Notes: a model not told the origin generated them from the letters alone. A stretch of 64,000 nucleotides of DNA from a virus (IMGVR_UViG_3300020472_000012:32001-96000), one strand, 5' to 3'. Numbered from the stretch's first letter, positions 10,179-20,355 are shown. Numbers and translations: made by a program.

Positions 10179-11578
10179 ACAAAATTGATGAAACTCATAT
10201 AAGAGTTACATCAGACGAGTCAGTTCAAAGAGAAATTTCAGAATATTTTACATTTCCAGTGCCGGGGGCAAAGTTTATGCCTTCTGTTAGGAACAGGTAT
10301 TGGGATGGTAATATTCGTTTATACAATAATGAGAAACTATATACAGGATTGTATTATGCATTATATCAATTTGCTAAGGATAGGGAATATGACATTGAAG
10401 GATATAATTGGGAAACTGATGTTCAAGAAGCGGGATTTATTGAAAACTTACAACTACCCTTCGAGGTTCGAGATTATCAAAGTGAAGCTATATCGCATGC
10501 TATTAAGTACAGACGCTCTCTTTTGGTGTCACCTACTGCTAGCGGTAAGTCTCTTATTATCTATTGCATCGCACGACATTTCTTAAAAGTTCACAAGAAA
10601 CCAGTATTAGTTATAGTACCCACAACCTCTCTGGTAGAACAGATGGCAACTGATTTCGAGGGATATGGGTATAATAAACCTATCGATAAAATGTATGGTG
10701 GTAATAAGGTAGGTGATACTGAGATAGTAGTTACTACTTGGCAGACCCTTAGCAGGATGCCTAGGGCCTTCTACAGCCATTTTGGATGTGTGTTTGGTGA
10801 TGAGGCACATTTATTCAAAGCAAAGGTACTTACAGGTATCTTAGAGAAGATGAAAGACATCACACATAGATATGGAACAACAGGTACATTAGATGATTCA
10901 CAAACACATAAACTCGTTCTTGAAGGACTATTCGGGCCCACTCGTTATGTTACTACTTCTAGTGACCTTATCGATGATGGAGTTCTTGCAGACTTAAATG
11001 TCCAATGTTTGGTACTTCAATACCCAAAAACTACATCCAAAGAGGTAGTTCAGATGGATTATCAACGAGAAATGGAATTTTTGGTAGATAATAACAAAAG
11101 AAATCGTTTTATTCGTAATTTAGTACAAGATAGGGGTGGCAATACCCTTATTCTCTTCCAATATGTAGAAAAACATGGAAAGGGGTTATATAATGACTTC
11201 CTACAACTAGGTGGTAACTTATTCTTCATATATGGTAAGACTGACACTATTGCACGAGAAGAGGCCAGAGCAATAGTAGAGAAGTCAGATAATGCCATTA
11301 TTATTGCATCATATGGTACTTTCTCTACTGGAATTAATATAGAAAACCTAGATAATATAGTATTTGCAAGTCCTTCTAAGTCAAAAATAAGGATTTTACA
11401 GTCAATTGGAAGAGTTTTAAGGAAAGGAAAGACTGGAAAAGCAACTGTATATGATATTGCAGACGATTTATCTTTTGGAAAAAAAGAAAATTATACTCTA
11501 AAACACTTTAAAGAAAGGATAAATACTTACAATAGGGAGAAATTCCCATACACAATACACAACATTAAATTCAAATGA
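10157..11578 (+). CDS. uvsW: SF2 RNA-DNA/DNA helicase UvsW
   Basis: SPTASGKS, DEAH, QSIGRVLR. Confidence 0.96.
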   Translation: MRATIQIDKIDETHIRVTSDESVQREISEYFTFPVPGAKFMPSVRNRYWDGNIRLYNNEKLYTGLYYALYQFAKDREYDIEGYNWETDVQEAGFIENLQLPFEVRDYQSEAISHAIKYRRSLLVSPTASGKSLIIYCIARHFLKVHKKPVLVIVPTTSLVEQMATDFEGYGYNKPIDKMYGGNKVGDTEIVVTTWQTLSRMPRAFYSHFGCVFGDEAHLFKAKVLTGILEKMKDITHRYGTTGTLDDSQTHKLVLEGLFGPTRYVTTSSDLIDDGVLADLNVQCLVLQYPKTTSKEVVQMDYQREMEFLVDNNKRNRFIRNLVQDRGGNTLILFQYVEKHGKGLYNDFLQLGGNLFFIYGKTDTIAREEARAIVEKSDNAIIIASYGTFSTGINIENLDNIVFASPSKSKIRILQSIGRVLRKGKTGKATVYDIADDLSFGKKENYTLKHFKERINTYNREKFPYTIHNIKFK

Positions 11579-12045
11579 ATTACAAATATCTAAGATTAAA
11601 CACTGGTGAACACATCATTTCTGTTGTGGAACCAATTAAAGCAAACCAAGAGGTGAAGTTAATCATGCCTATGATTGCAGATATTGTTCCTTCCATGTTA
11701 GGACAAGGAACAATAATGAAACTATCACCTTTAATACCATATACAAGTGAAGACCACATTATAATGAGACTGACAGACATATCCTACTTTAGTAGTATTA
11801 CACAACAATTTGTGGATTTTTATAAGAAAGGGGTAGATGACTGGGTACAGATACGAGACCATGTGGGTCTACAGGTAAGAACACCAAAGGAAGAACTTGC
11901 AGAAGGAAAGGCATTTCGCAGACTTATGGAACAACAAGTCAAACAATATGTCGATAACGAACTAGGGGATGTCCAGTTTGATATAGAAGAAGAACTGCAA
12001 GATATGATAATAGATGATGAAGACAATAAAAGGACTATTCATTAA
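11575..12045 (+). CDS. Conserved T4-like hypothetical protein (Sm-like N-terminus)
   Basis: YLRLNTGEHIIS; usual position between uvsW and gp55. Confidence 0.7.
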   Translation: MNYKYLRLNTGEHIISVVEPIKANQEVKLIMPMIADIVPSMLGQGTIMKLSPLIPYTSEDHIIMRLTDISYFSSITQQFVDFYKKGVDDWVQIRDHVGLQVRTPKEELAEGKAFRRLMEQQVKQYVDNELGDVQFDIEEELQDMIIDDEDNKRTIH

Positions 12046-12088
12046 CATCCCTTTATAGTAATATATCCTTCCCTTTGGGACACAATTT

Positions 12089-12117
12089 ATTTTATCATCG
12101 AACTTAAAAGCTGTCAA
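12089..12117 (-). promoter_or_regulatory. Antisense sigma70-type promoter, back-to-back with gp55 promoter
   Basis: Minus strand TTGACA-N17-TAAAAT with TGn extension; no ORF downstream. Confidence 0.6.
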
Positions 12118-12150
12118 GTCTTTTTTTCTACTATTAGATGAAAATAACTA

Positions 12151-12178
12151 TTGACAGATATGCATTATGGAGTATAAT
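12151..12178 (+). promoter_or_regulatory. Sigma70-type promoter for gp55, leaderless
   Basis: TTGACA-N16-TATAAT; ATG 8 nt downstream. Confidence 0.8.
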
Positions 12179-12186
12179 AGATACAT

Positions 12187-12741
12187 ATGGCACAAAAAGC
12201 AAAACCAGAACACTATGTAAATAACAAAGAGTTCACAGCAGCGATTACAGAACATAACCTTGCAGTTAGGAAAGCAGTCAAAGATGGAAAGGAACCACCT
12301 AGAGTTTCCGAGTATATTGGTGAGTGCATTTATAAAATTGCAACAAGGTTATCGACTAAACCAAATTTTATCAACTATTCTTATAGGGATGAAATGATTT
12401 GTGATGGAATTGAAAACTGTTTACAATATATAAACAACTTCAACCCAGAGAAATCTCAAAATGCGTTCGCATATATCACACAAATTATTTACTATGCATT
12501 CCTAAGAAGAATCCAGAAAGAAAAGAAACAGTCTGCAATTAAACAGAAGGCAATTATGAATTCTGGAATATTAACAGACATGGTAGACACTATGGATGGT
12601 GACACCAATCAGTATTCAAATTCGTATGTTGAGTTTTTACAAGACAATATGAATGAAATAACCTATAAACCTAGAGGTAAAAAGAAAAAAACCCAATCTA
12701 ATAAAGGCGTTGAAAACTTTTATCAGTCCACAAAAAAATAA
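12187..12741 (+). CDS. gp55: Late transcription sigma factor
   Basis: HYVNNKEF, PNFINYSYRDEMICDGIENC, AFAYITQIIYYAFLRRI. Confidence 0.97.
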   Translation: MAQKAKPEHYVNNKEFTAAITEHNLAVRKAVKDGKEPPRVSEYIGECIYKIATRLSTKPNFINYSYRDEMICDGIENCLQYINNFNPEKSQNAFAYITQIIYYAFLRRIQKEKKQSAIKQKAIMNSGILTDMVDTMDGDTNQYSNSYVEFLQDNMNEITYKPRGKKKKTQSNKGVENFYQSTKK

Positions 12742-13802
12742 TGAAGTTTGCTATTCTTAACGACACACATTGTGGTGTTCGTAACGATAACATACAATTT
12801 CACGAACTACAAAGAAAGTTTTATGAAGATGTATTTTTCCCTTATCTGTTAGAACACGACATCAAACATATAGTTCATCTTGGTGATTACTTTGACAAGA
12901 GAACTGGTATTAATTTCTTATCATTACAGAAAAACAAAGAACACTTTGTTGACCATCTTGATGAGTATGGTATTACTATGGATTTAATTCTTGGTAATCA
13001 TGACTTGTATTATAAGAATACATCCGAAGTCAATTCACCACAAGCACTATTAAACCATCCTAATATAAAAATCTATGGTGATGTAATTACTAAAGATTAT
13101 GATGGGTGTAAAGTATGTTTAGTGCCTTGGATTCATAGAACAAACATCGATGACACAGTAGAACACCTAGACACAACCAATGCTACTATTGCAATGGGTC
13201 ATCTAGAAATCGAAGGTGCAATGATGATGCCAGGCTATTATTCAACTCATGGTTTGAGTCTGGATACCTTCAAAAGATTTGATAAAGTTTATAGTGGACA
13301 TTTCCACACCAAATCAGAAATGAACAACCTAAGATATTTGGGTTCTCAAATGGAATTCACTTGGTCAGATTATGGAGATAAAAAATATTTTCATATATTT
13401 GATACAGAAACAAGAGAGGTACTTCCAGTTGCAAACCCTATTAGGATGTTTGAAAAAGTATTCTATGATGATTCCAAAGAAACAATGGAGTCAATTCAAG
13501 AAAAAGATTTCTCACATTTAAAAGATATGTTTGTCAAAGTGGTTGTTATGAGTAAAGACCAACCATATTGGTTTGACATGTTTATTGAAAAGATTACAAA
13601 AGCAGATGTAATCGACTTTAAAGTTGTAGAAGACCACGGCAACCTCGATATGATGGATGACGATGATGCACTATCAGATGCAGAAGATACACTTACAATT
13701 TTAACTAAACATATAGAAGGGATGGAAATCTCTGGAGAAAAATCTAAACTAGAACATTTGATGAGGTCTCTTTATTCAGAGGCTCTGGATGTTAATATTT
13801 GA
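12741..13802 (+). CDS. gp47: Recombination endonuclease, Mre11/SbcD-like
   Basis: DTHCG, GDYFD, GNHD, SGHFH. Confidence 0.96.
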   Translation: MKFAILNDTHCGVRNDNIQFHELQRKFYEDVFFPYLLEHDIKHIVHLGDYFDKRTGINFLSLQKNKEHFVDHLDEYGITMDLILGNHDLYYKNTSEVNSPQALLNHPNIKIYGDVITKDYDGCKVCLVPWIHRTNIDDTVEHLDTTNATIAMGHLEIEGAMMMPGYYSTHGLSLDTFKRFDKVYSGHFHTKSEMNNLRYLGSQMEFTWSDYGDKKYFHIFDTETREVLPVANPIRMFEKVFYDDSKETMESIQEKDFSHLKDMFVKVVVMSKDQPYWFDMFIEKITKADVIDFKVVEDHGNLDMMDDDDALSDAEDTLTILTKHIEGMEISGEKSKLEHLMRSLYSEALDVNI

Positions 13803-14035
13803 AACGAGTAATATATAATATGAATGGAATAGTATACAGTGGTTCCTATACATGTGAAGGACATACAGTACATTTTAGAATCTTAGAAGATGATGTAGTA
13901 GACATCACTGAGGTAACTCAAATGCACAGTGCTCCAATAGGTAGAACATACACATCAACAAAAACAGTTGAATTAGATGAAGCAATCAAGATACAATCTG
14001 AATTTATAAAGTTGGGATATGATAAGATTTCATAG
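13799..14035 (+). CDS. Hypothetical protein
   Basis: ORF fills gap between gp47 and gp46. Confidence 0.6.
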   Translation: MKRVIYNMNGIVYSGSYTCEGHTVHFRILEDDVVDITEVTQMHSAPIGRTYTSTKTVELDEAIKIQSEFIKLGYDKIS

Positions 14036-15731
14036 TGTAAAGTACAAAAACTTTCTTTCCACAGGCAACAAATTTACAGAAGTTTTTCTAGACAAAAGAA
14101 AAGCCTGTCTAGTTGTGGGTGAGAATGGAAGTGGTAAATCTACAATGTTAGATGCATTATGCTTTGGACTATTTGGAAAAGGATTTAGAAAAGTTTCAAA
14201 AAACATGTTAGTTAATACTATTAATGGTAGGCACATGGTAGTTGAGATTGAATTCTCAGTTGGACAGAAGAGATACAAAGTTGTTCGTGGTGCAAAACCA
14301 AATATCTTTGAAGTGTATCTACATGGTAAGTTACTTAATCAAGATGCAAACATGAGAGACTATCAAGAGTATCTCGAAAAACAAATTCTAAAATTAAACT
14401 ACAAGGCATTTACTCAAGTAGTAATACTTGGTAGTTCAACCTTTACACCTTTCATGCAAATGGGTACTAATGATAGACGAGGTATTATTGAGGATATACT
14501 TGATATCAACATATTCTCTATTATGAATGATATCTTAAAGATTAGACAAGGTGCAATGAAGACTGAGTTACAAGAGATTGAATATGATATTAAATTATCA
14601 CAAGATAGAATTGATACATACAAAGGTCATATTAAAGCATTAGGTGAAAATCGTAGACAAAAGGTTGCAGACTTTAGAGATAGTATTGCAAATTCTGAAT
14701 CCCATGTAGAAGACCTACAAGTAGAAATAGATTCTTTTTTACAAGAAGTAGAAGATAATCTAAACCCTAAGATAAAAGATTTTGAAAAGTTAAAAGATAG
14801 ACTACAACATACAGTAGAAATTGAAAGGAAACTACACGATGCATTTACTAAAGGTGAGGAACAACTAGACTTTTATGAGCATACAAAGACTTGTCCCACA
14901 TGTAAACATGACTTGGAAGACGACTTCAAGGAAAAGAAACTCGAAGAGATTGCAGGCACGAACACAGAAATCACGAGGGGAATCAAAGAACTCGAACAGA
15001 AGGTTGCATCACTCGAAAAACAACTCGAAGATATCCAAGAGGTGCAAGAACAAATCAATGATATCAACAGAAAGGTATCTAAGAAACAGAATGAGATTAG
15101 TGCATCGCAACAATATATCACGAAAATCAACAAAGAGATTGATAAACTTGTATCAGAAAAACAGTCTGATGATTCCAAGAAGTTGGGAATAGAAACAAAA
15201 GCTTTAAAGAAACACGACACTAGAAAAGAAGAACTTGTAGATAAGAGACATTATTATGACCTTGCAGCTTTCTTATTGAAGGATAGTGGTATTAAGACCA
15301 AAATTGTTAAACAATATCTTCCAGTAATGAATAAGTTGATTAATAAATATCTTGCTTCAATGGACTTCTTTGTTCAGTTTGAGTTAGATGAGAACTTTAA
15401 TGAGAATATAAAGTCTAGATATAGAGACGATTTTTCTTATGCAAACTTTAGTGAAGGGGAGAAAATGAGAATTGACCTTGCATTGTTATTCACTTGGAGA
15501 GCAATTGCAAAGTTAAAGAATAGTGTGAATACAAACCTATTGATGTTAGATGAAGTCTTTGACAGTTCACTGGATGAGGGTGGTACTGATGAGTTCATGA
15601 AAATACTAACAACATTAGGAAACGATACCAATGTCTTTATTATTTCACACAAAGGGGACATTCTAAATGAGAAGTTTAGACATGTCATGAAATTTGAGAA
15701 GGTTAAAAACTTTAGTAGGATAGCAGAATAA
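14019..15731 (+). CDS. gp46: Recombination ATPase, Rad50/SbcC-like
   Basis: GENGSGKST, zinc hook CPTC, FSEGE, LDEVFD. Confidence 0.97.
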   Translation: MIRFHSVKYKNFLSTGNKFTEVFLDKRKACLVVGENGSGKSTMLDALCFGLFGKGFRKVSKNMLVNTINGRHMVVEIEFSVGQKRYKVVRGAKPNIFEVYLHGKLLNQDANMRDYQEYLEKQILKLNYKAFTQVVILGSSTFTPFMQMGTNDRRGIIEDILDINIFSIMNDILKIRQGAMKTELQEIEYDIKLSQDRIDTYKGHIKALGENRRQKVADFRDSIANSESHVEDLQVEIDSFLQEVEDNLNPKIKDFEKLKDRLQHTVEIERKLHDAFTKGEEQLDFYEHTKTCPTCKHDLEDDFKEKKLEEIAGTNTEITRGIKELEQKVASLEKQLEDIQEVQEQINDINRKVSKKQNEISASQQYITKINKEIDKLVSEKQSDDSKKLGIETKALKKHDTRKEELVDKRHYYDLAAFLLKDSGIKTKIVKQYLPVMNKLINKYLASMDFFVQFELDENFNENIKSRYRDDFSYANFSEGEKMRIDLALLFTWRAIAKLKNSVNTNLLMLDEVFDSSLDEGGTDEFMKILTTLGNDTNVFIISHKGDILNEKFRHVMKFEKVKNFSRIAE

Positions 15732-16675
15732 TGGGTGAACTTTGGGATGTAGGAAAGAGTACCAAGAAGGGAATTATTCTTAATAGTCATGCAAGAACTG
15801 GATTGTATAAGTCATGGCAAATAATTGTGGATAATTATATTAAACAAGATAAATCATGGAATGATTATAGAAAATCTAGTGGTCTTTCTCAAGACCCTAG
15901 GCCTTGGCAAGGATATAAGGATGCAGTTGAAGAACAAATAATTTCAGTAATGTCAACTGGAGAGGGTGTAGAGGATTCACCATATTTTAAACATATAAGA
16001 AATCCAATAGAACCATTTGTTGGAATTGCATTAGATGTGTATGGAATGCCACATCCATTTGGTGGAGACTCAGAAAAGATATACAAAGAGTTAATGTTTG
16101 TAAGAAACGAACTTAATGAACTACCACCTTTTGGTGTCTTTGGTGCATGGAATGAATGGAGAACAGATTTATTACATTGGAAAACTTTAAAGAAGATGGG
16201 GTATAAGATAGTTAATCTTCATAGAAGAGAACTTAAAGATTGGTTTATATCATGTACCATTGCTATGATTGGTGGTGCAGAGGTAAACAAAAATGGTTTT
16301 CATGCATGGAACAAAGAGAGTGCAGACTACATACTAGGGGTTAGAAAGAAACTAAAAGGTAATCTTGAAATTTCTAAAACACAAGTATTACTCTTCCTAG
16401 AGTCTGTTAATCGATATCTTCAAGCATCACAAGAAATATGTACAGATGCATATTGTGTTTACGAATCATTAGAGGATGCTCCAGAAGTATTCATGAAGGA
16501 ATGTGAATTAGATTTAACTCAAGACCAATGCAAAGATTGGTTTACTGAGATAGTTCCACATCCAGTAGAAGATATGAAAGAGTATATTAAGGATGAAGGT
16601 GCATTTGAAGATATGTGGAATAAATTACAAACAACAGATTTTAAGGAAGAATATAAAATTGATATAGTACAATGA
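15731..16675 (+). CDS. Putative sulfotransferase-fold protein
   Basis: N-terminal SHARTG, LHRRELKDWFIS, VYESL resemble PAPS-binding motifs; divergent. Confidence 0.45.
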   Translation: MGELWDVGKSTKKGIILNSHARTGLYKSWQIIVDNYIKQDKSWNDYRKSSGLSQDPRPWQGYKDAVEEQIISVMSTGEGVEDSPYFKHIRNPIEPFVGIALDVYGMPHPFGGDSEKIYKELMFVRNELNELPPFGVFGAWNEWRTDLLHWKTLKKMGYKIVNLHRRELKDWFISCTIAMIGGAEVNKNGFHAWNKESADYILGVRKKLKGNLEISKTQVLLFLESVNRYLQASQEICTDAYCVYESLEDAPEVFMKECELDLTQDQCKDWFTEIVPHPVEDMKEYIKDEGAFEDMWNKLQTTDFKEEYKIDIVQ

Positions 16676-17334
16676 TAGAACCAAAACGCATAGATTTTAT
16701 TGATTCAGAAGGTATATTACTATATGAGAATGTAGTTTCTAATGACCAGTTGTTTGATTGGTTTAATAAGATGAATAGTCATGCATACTTTAGACAATGT
16801 GCATCTTCTGAAAAGACAACAGATGGTAAAGTTATTGAACAAGCAAAAGCATGGCAAGCCAACTTTAATAAACCAGATGTTATAGAACAGATAAATGCAG
16901 ACCCAAATATAAGTTCTAAGATTTCAGATGTAGATAATCAATCACCATTAGGATTTGACTTAATGGAAGAGATTTGGAATACTATTAATGACCAGTGTGG
17001 GTTTCATCATTTAGAACCAATACAACAATACATAAATGCATTTAATCATGGTGATAATACATGGGGTCATACTGATTGGTATGATTATACAATAATAGTT
17101 TATATCAATCCAGAATGGGATAACCAAATAATGGGTGGAGAAACTTTGTTCTTTGATGACGACTATCAGTTCATTAGATGTGCAGTTGCATGTACGCCAG
17201 GAAATGTAGTATGTTTTAAAGGACAAATACCACATAAAGGTGGTTTAGTGTCAAGAGATACTACTGTAGCAAGATACTCAGTGGTATTTCAATGTAAAGA
17301 GTTTGGTAGTGAAACAGGTCTAGAGGGAAAATGA
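16672..17334 (+). CDS. 2OG-Fe(II) oxygenase
   Basis: GHTD, YINPEW..GGETLF, IPH, RYSVVF. Confidence 0.9.
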   Translation: MIEPKRIDFIDSEGILLYENVVSNDQLFDWFNKMNSHAYFRQCASSEKTTDGKVIEQAKAWQANFNKPDVIEQINADPNISSKISDVDNQSPLGFDLMEEIWNTINDQCGFHHLEPIQQYINAFNHGDNTWGHTDWYDYTIIVYINPEWDNQIMGGETLFFDDDYQFIRCAVACTPGNVVCFKGQIPHKGGLVSRDTTVARYSVVFQCKEFGSETGLEGK

Positions 17335-17948
17335 AATTAGTAGCAAAAAATGAAAAAGTCCTTAGAGAAAAGGCAAAAGTATACGACTTTGAGAATCCAC
17401 CTATGGATACAATGGAACTCAAAGATAAGTTAATCAATACCATGATGGAAGAAAATGGTATAGGGTTGGCTGCACCACAAGTTGGTGTTCCTTACAGAGT
17501 GTTCGTGATGAGAGGTAAGGATAAGGACGAGTGCATGTTTATTGCAAACCCAGAGATAATAGAGTTCTCTGAGGAAACTGTTGTGATAGAAGAAGGATGC
17601 CTCACTGGTGGACTGGAAGGTATTTTCTGTCACTTAACTCGTCCTGCAGCCATAACTGCTAGGTGGCAAAATGAAGATGGTGATGTTAGAGAACTAATGT
17701 TTGATGGTTATAGTGCAAGATGTTTTCAACATGAACTTGACCATTTAGATGGTGTTCTCTTTATTGACCACGCAAGTCAAATAAAATTAGAAAGAGCAGT
17801 TAAGAAAAAGAATAAAAGAATTAAACAATATGAACGATTCAAAAAACAAATTAGGGAACTTGAATCCAGAGGTTATTTTAATACACAGTTGTCTGACTCC
17901 GAAGGAGTGCAACCTACTGATAAAGTACCACAAAGCAAATCAGAATAA
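17331..17948 (+). CDS. def: Peptide deformylase
   Basis: GIGLAAPQ, EGCL, QHELDHL. Confidence 0.96.
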   Translation: MKLVAKNEKVLREKAKVYDFENPPMDTMELKDKLINTMMEENGIGLAAPQVGVPYRVFVMRGKDKDECMFIANPEIIEFSEETVVIEEGCLTGGLEGIFCHLTRPAAITARWQNEDGDVRELMFDGYSARCFQHELDHLDGVLFIDHASQIKLERAVKKKNKRIKQYERFKKQIRELESRGYFNTQLSDSEGVQPTDKVPQSKSE

Positions 17949-18534
17949 AGTAACACATTCAGACCCTACAACTGTATATAATGGCAGAAGAATACCTTAT
18001 GAGTTTATAAATAACTTAGAGGTTAAAAGAACAATTGCAAAATATCAATACGATGTTGTTGCAAAAGTCTGGTCTCATTTCAATAAAAGTTGTTATCCAG
18101 AACAGACTGAAATCATGAGGTGGCCGATAGGTGTTCCACAGGAAACACATATTGACACTATGGGTTCAGATAAAGAAGATGAAATGTGTATAATCCCATT
18201 TACAGATTATGCATCCATCCTTTATTTGAACGATGACTTTGACGATGGGTTAACCATATTCGAGGGCGGGTACGAAATAAAACCCAAACAAGGAATGGTT
18301 GCCATTTTTGAAGGAATGAAGTATTGGCATGAGGTAAGTGCATGTAAAGGTAAAGACCGATACACCTTACCATGTTGGTACACTACAGAATGGAGAAACA
18401 TGGAACTTCAATCTCAAGGTGGTGAAGGAAGAGCGGGACTCTATAGAGGAACCCTTCCAGCATCTGGAGATAGTGAGAAGGACATGGAAACTCTTCGTCA
18501 TTGGTGGAAAGAGACCTACTTTCCACAAAGTTAG
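17830..18534 (+). CDS. 2OG-Fe(II) oxygenase (prolyl-hydroxylase-like)
   Basis: HID, LYLNDDFDDG, WHEV, RYT; overlaps the 3' end of def. Confidence 0.88.
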   Translation: MNDSKNKLGNLNPEVILIHSCLTPKECNLLIKYHKANQNKVTHSDPTTVYNGRRIPYEFINNLEVKRTIAKYQYDVVAKVWSHFNKSCYPEQTEIMRWPIGVPQETHIDTMGSDKEDEMCIIPFTDYASILYLNDDFDDGLTIFEGGYEIKPKQGMVAIFEGMKYWHEVSACKGKDRYTLPCWYTTEWRNMELQSQGGEGRAGLYRGTLPASGDSEKDMETLRHWWKETYFPQS

Positions 18535-18562
18535 TAACTAATTAGGTCATGGAGAAACTTTT

Positions 18563-19168
18563 ATGAGAAAGTTATTATTAATACTATTAATGAGTATGAC
18601 ACCATTCGTTTGGAGTGATGTTAGTGGCTCAGTTGGTATAAGTTCCGACTACATTTGGAGAGGTGTATCACAATCAGCTGGTAATCCCTCATACAACCTA
18701 AATCTTGAAGCAAATTCAAAAGGATTTTATGGTGGAGTATGGGCTGGACAAGTTGATTTTGATAACGAAGCCGATTGGGAATACGATTTATATGGTGGAT
18801 ATGCAATAGCATTATCTGAAAATATAAATGTAGATGTTGGATTTGTACAATACCGATATGATGAAGTTATCGACACATCAGAAGAAATCTATGTGAAAGC
18901 AACTGTAGGTGATTTTGGTATTAAATATTTTAGAGATACAGAAGACAGTGGGAACCAATTTATTGTTGGAACCTACGATGCTTGGTTTGTACCAGTAGTT
19001 GATGTAAATCTAGAATATGGTAGGATAGACAGTAACAACGATTACAAAGCATTAAACATAACATATTTGTTTAATAACAATGTATCAGTTGGGGCTCATG
19101 TTTTATCAAGTGCATTCAGAGGTGAAGCATTAGATAACATATCTGTATCATTAGGTTATAACTTTTAA
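18563..19168 (+). CDS. Outer-membrane beta-barrel, TorF/TIGR02001-like putative porin
   Basis: Signal peptide, SDYIWRGVSQS, EYDLYGGY, C-terminal YNF. Confidence 0.85.
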   Translation: MRKLLLILLMSMTPFVWSDVSGSVGISSDYIWRGVSQSAGNPSYNLNLEANSKGFYGGVWAGQVDFDNEADWEYDLYGGYAIALSENINVDVGFVQYRYDEVIDTSEEIYVKATVGDFGIKYFRDTEDSGNQFIVGTYDAWFVPVVDVNLEYGRIDSNNDYKALNITYLFNNNVSVGAHVLSSAFRGEALDNISVSLGYNF

Positions 19169-19185
19169 TTAAGTAATTACATGGA

Positions 19186-19216
19186 GTGTGGGGATGAAAG
19201 TCCCCGCACCACTTTT
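19186..19216 (+). terminator. GC-rich hairpin, probable terminator
   Basis: GTGTGGGGA-tgaaag-TCCCCGCAC then CACTTTT. Confidence 0.55.
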
Positions 19217-19348
19217 ATGGAAACATTCTGGTTTATAATAGAAATGCCTTTTCTATTCTTTAAGTGGGGACTAATTTTCTCAGCGTGGGTAACGCTTTTA
19301 TGGATGATTGGGAACATTTGGGAAAATAGAAAGGATGATATATCTTAA
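19217..19348 (+). CDS. Small membrane protein, 43 aa (not in ORF track)
   Basis: METFWFIIEMPFLFFKWGLIFSAWVTLLWMIGNIW... Confidence 0.55.
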   Translation: METFWFIIEMPFLFFKWGLIFSAWVTLLWMIGNIWENRKDDIS

Positions 19349-20024
19349 GAGAGTAAAACCCTTAAGGGGCATTAAAGCACTCTTACAACTTGCCAAATCT
19401 AAGCAGAACATTCAGTCTTATTTGGATGTGAATCATGCGTTCAATGGAAACTCTCCAGACAATACTATTTCTAAGTGGGCATCAAGTTCACAAGGTATTA
19501 GATATTCTAGAGGCGAACGATTACCTTTATTAAAAGAATATCCAAAGAACTCTGTTGGTTGGCATTTAAACAAAATGCAACTTGACCCTAAGTATGCAGA
19601 TTTCAATTTTCTACAATCAAACAAATACATTAACCCACAAAAAGCATTCTCAAACTGGATAGTTGATACTCATGATATTGGACATATTGTGAGTGGATAT
19701 GGTGATGATGGTTTTGGAGAACTTCTCAGAGTTGAATATGAGATAGGTGGAACTTACATGCAAGGATGGAAGGTTATATCTCTAATGTTCCAATCTAAAG
19801 TATTTTTGTTGAATCCTATGTTGTATTTTAAACTAAGACCAATGATTAAAGAAGCATCCCAGAGAGGAAAAGATTCTAATCCATATGTTATGGTAGATTG
19901 GTTTGAATATCTTGACCAACCATTAAATTTTGTGCGAGAGAGAATATTGAGACTTCAACCTACCACCTTATATCAGTATAAAGACCCTCGTTGGCATTCA
20001 TTCGTAGAAAGTAATTTTAATTAG
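19335..20024 (+). CDS. Coq4-family protein
   Basis: YPKNSVG, HDIGHIVSGYGDDGFGE matches HDxxH(x)11E; ATG at 19335. Confidence 0.75.
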   Translation: MIYLKRVKPLRGIKALLQLAKSKQNIQSYLDVNHAFNGNSPDNTISKWASSSQGIRYSRGERLPLLKEYPKNSVGWHLNKMQLDPKYADFNFLQSNKYINPQKAFSNWIVDTHDIGHIVSGYGDDGFGELLRVEYEIGGTYMQGWKVISLMFQSKVFLLNPMLYFKLRPMIKEASQRGKDSNPYVMVDWFEYLDQPLNFVRERILRLQPTTLYQYKDPRWHSFVESNFN

Positions 20025-20166
20025 ACGCTTGTTTTAATTGTTTATCTAGTGGATGTACATGTTTTTCATATGTCATAACACCCGCTGCTCTTGCAACCTT
20101 ATGTAACCTTCCAGATTTCATCAACTTATGAAATCTATTTATTTTCTTTTTCAATTCCTTTTTCAT
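20017..20166 (-). CDS. Small basic protein, 49 aa; only convincing minus-strand gene
   Basis: MKKELKKKINRFHKLMKSGRLHKVARAAG... in otherwise empty gap; preceded by CATATATAATAGT. Confidence 0.65.
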   Translation of the reverse strand: MKKELKKKINRFHKLMKSGRLHKVARAAGVMTYEKHVHPLDKQLKQASN

Positions 20167-20184
20167 ACTATTATATATGCACAG

Positions 20185-20213
20185 TTGTCACAGTATTGTC
20201 ACAAAACTGTAAT
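20185..20213 (+). promoter_or_regulatory. Pho-box-like direct repeats, 11-bp period
   Basis: TTGTCAC-agta-TTGTCAC-aaaa-CTGTAAT. Confidence 0.55.
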
Positions 20214-20234
20214 ATTTCCATTATCTCTCCAGAA

Positions 20235-20264
20235 TTGACACAGGGGTGCCCTTTTTAGTATAAT
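20235..20264 (+). promoter_or_regulatory. Sigma70-type promoter, GGGT-spacer class
   Basis: TTGACA-caggggtgccctttttag-TATAAT, 8 nt before tRNA. Confidence 0.85.
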
Positions 20265-20272
20265 AGCTAAAT

Positions 20273-20347
20273 GGTCTGTTAGTTCATCGGTAAGAATACT
20301 GCCCTGTCACGGCAGAGAGAAGGGTTCGATTCCCTTACAGACCGCCA
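20273..20347 (+). tRNA. trnD: tRNA-Asp(GTC)
   Basis: Cloverleaf; anticodon arm CTGCC-ctGTCac-GGCAG; TTCGA; encoded CCA. Confidence 0.95.
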
Positions 20348-20355
20348 GATAACAA

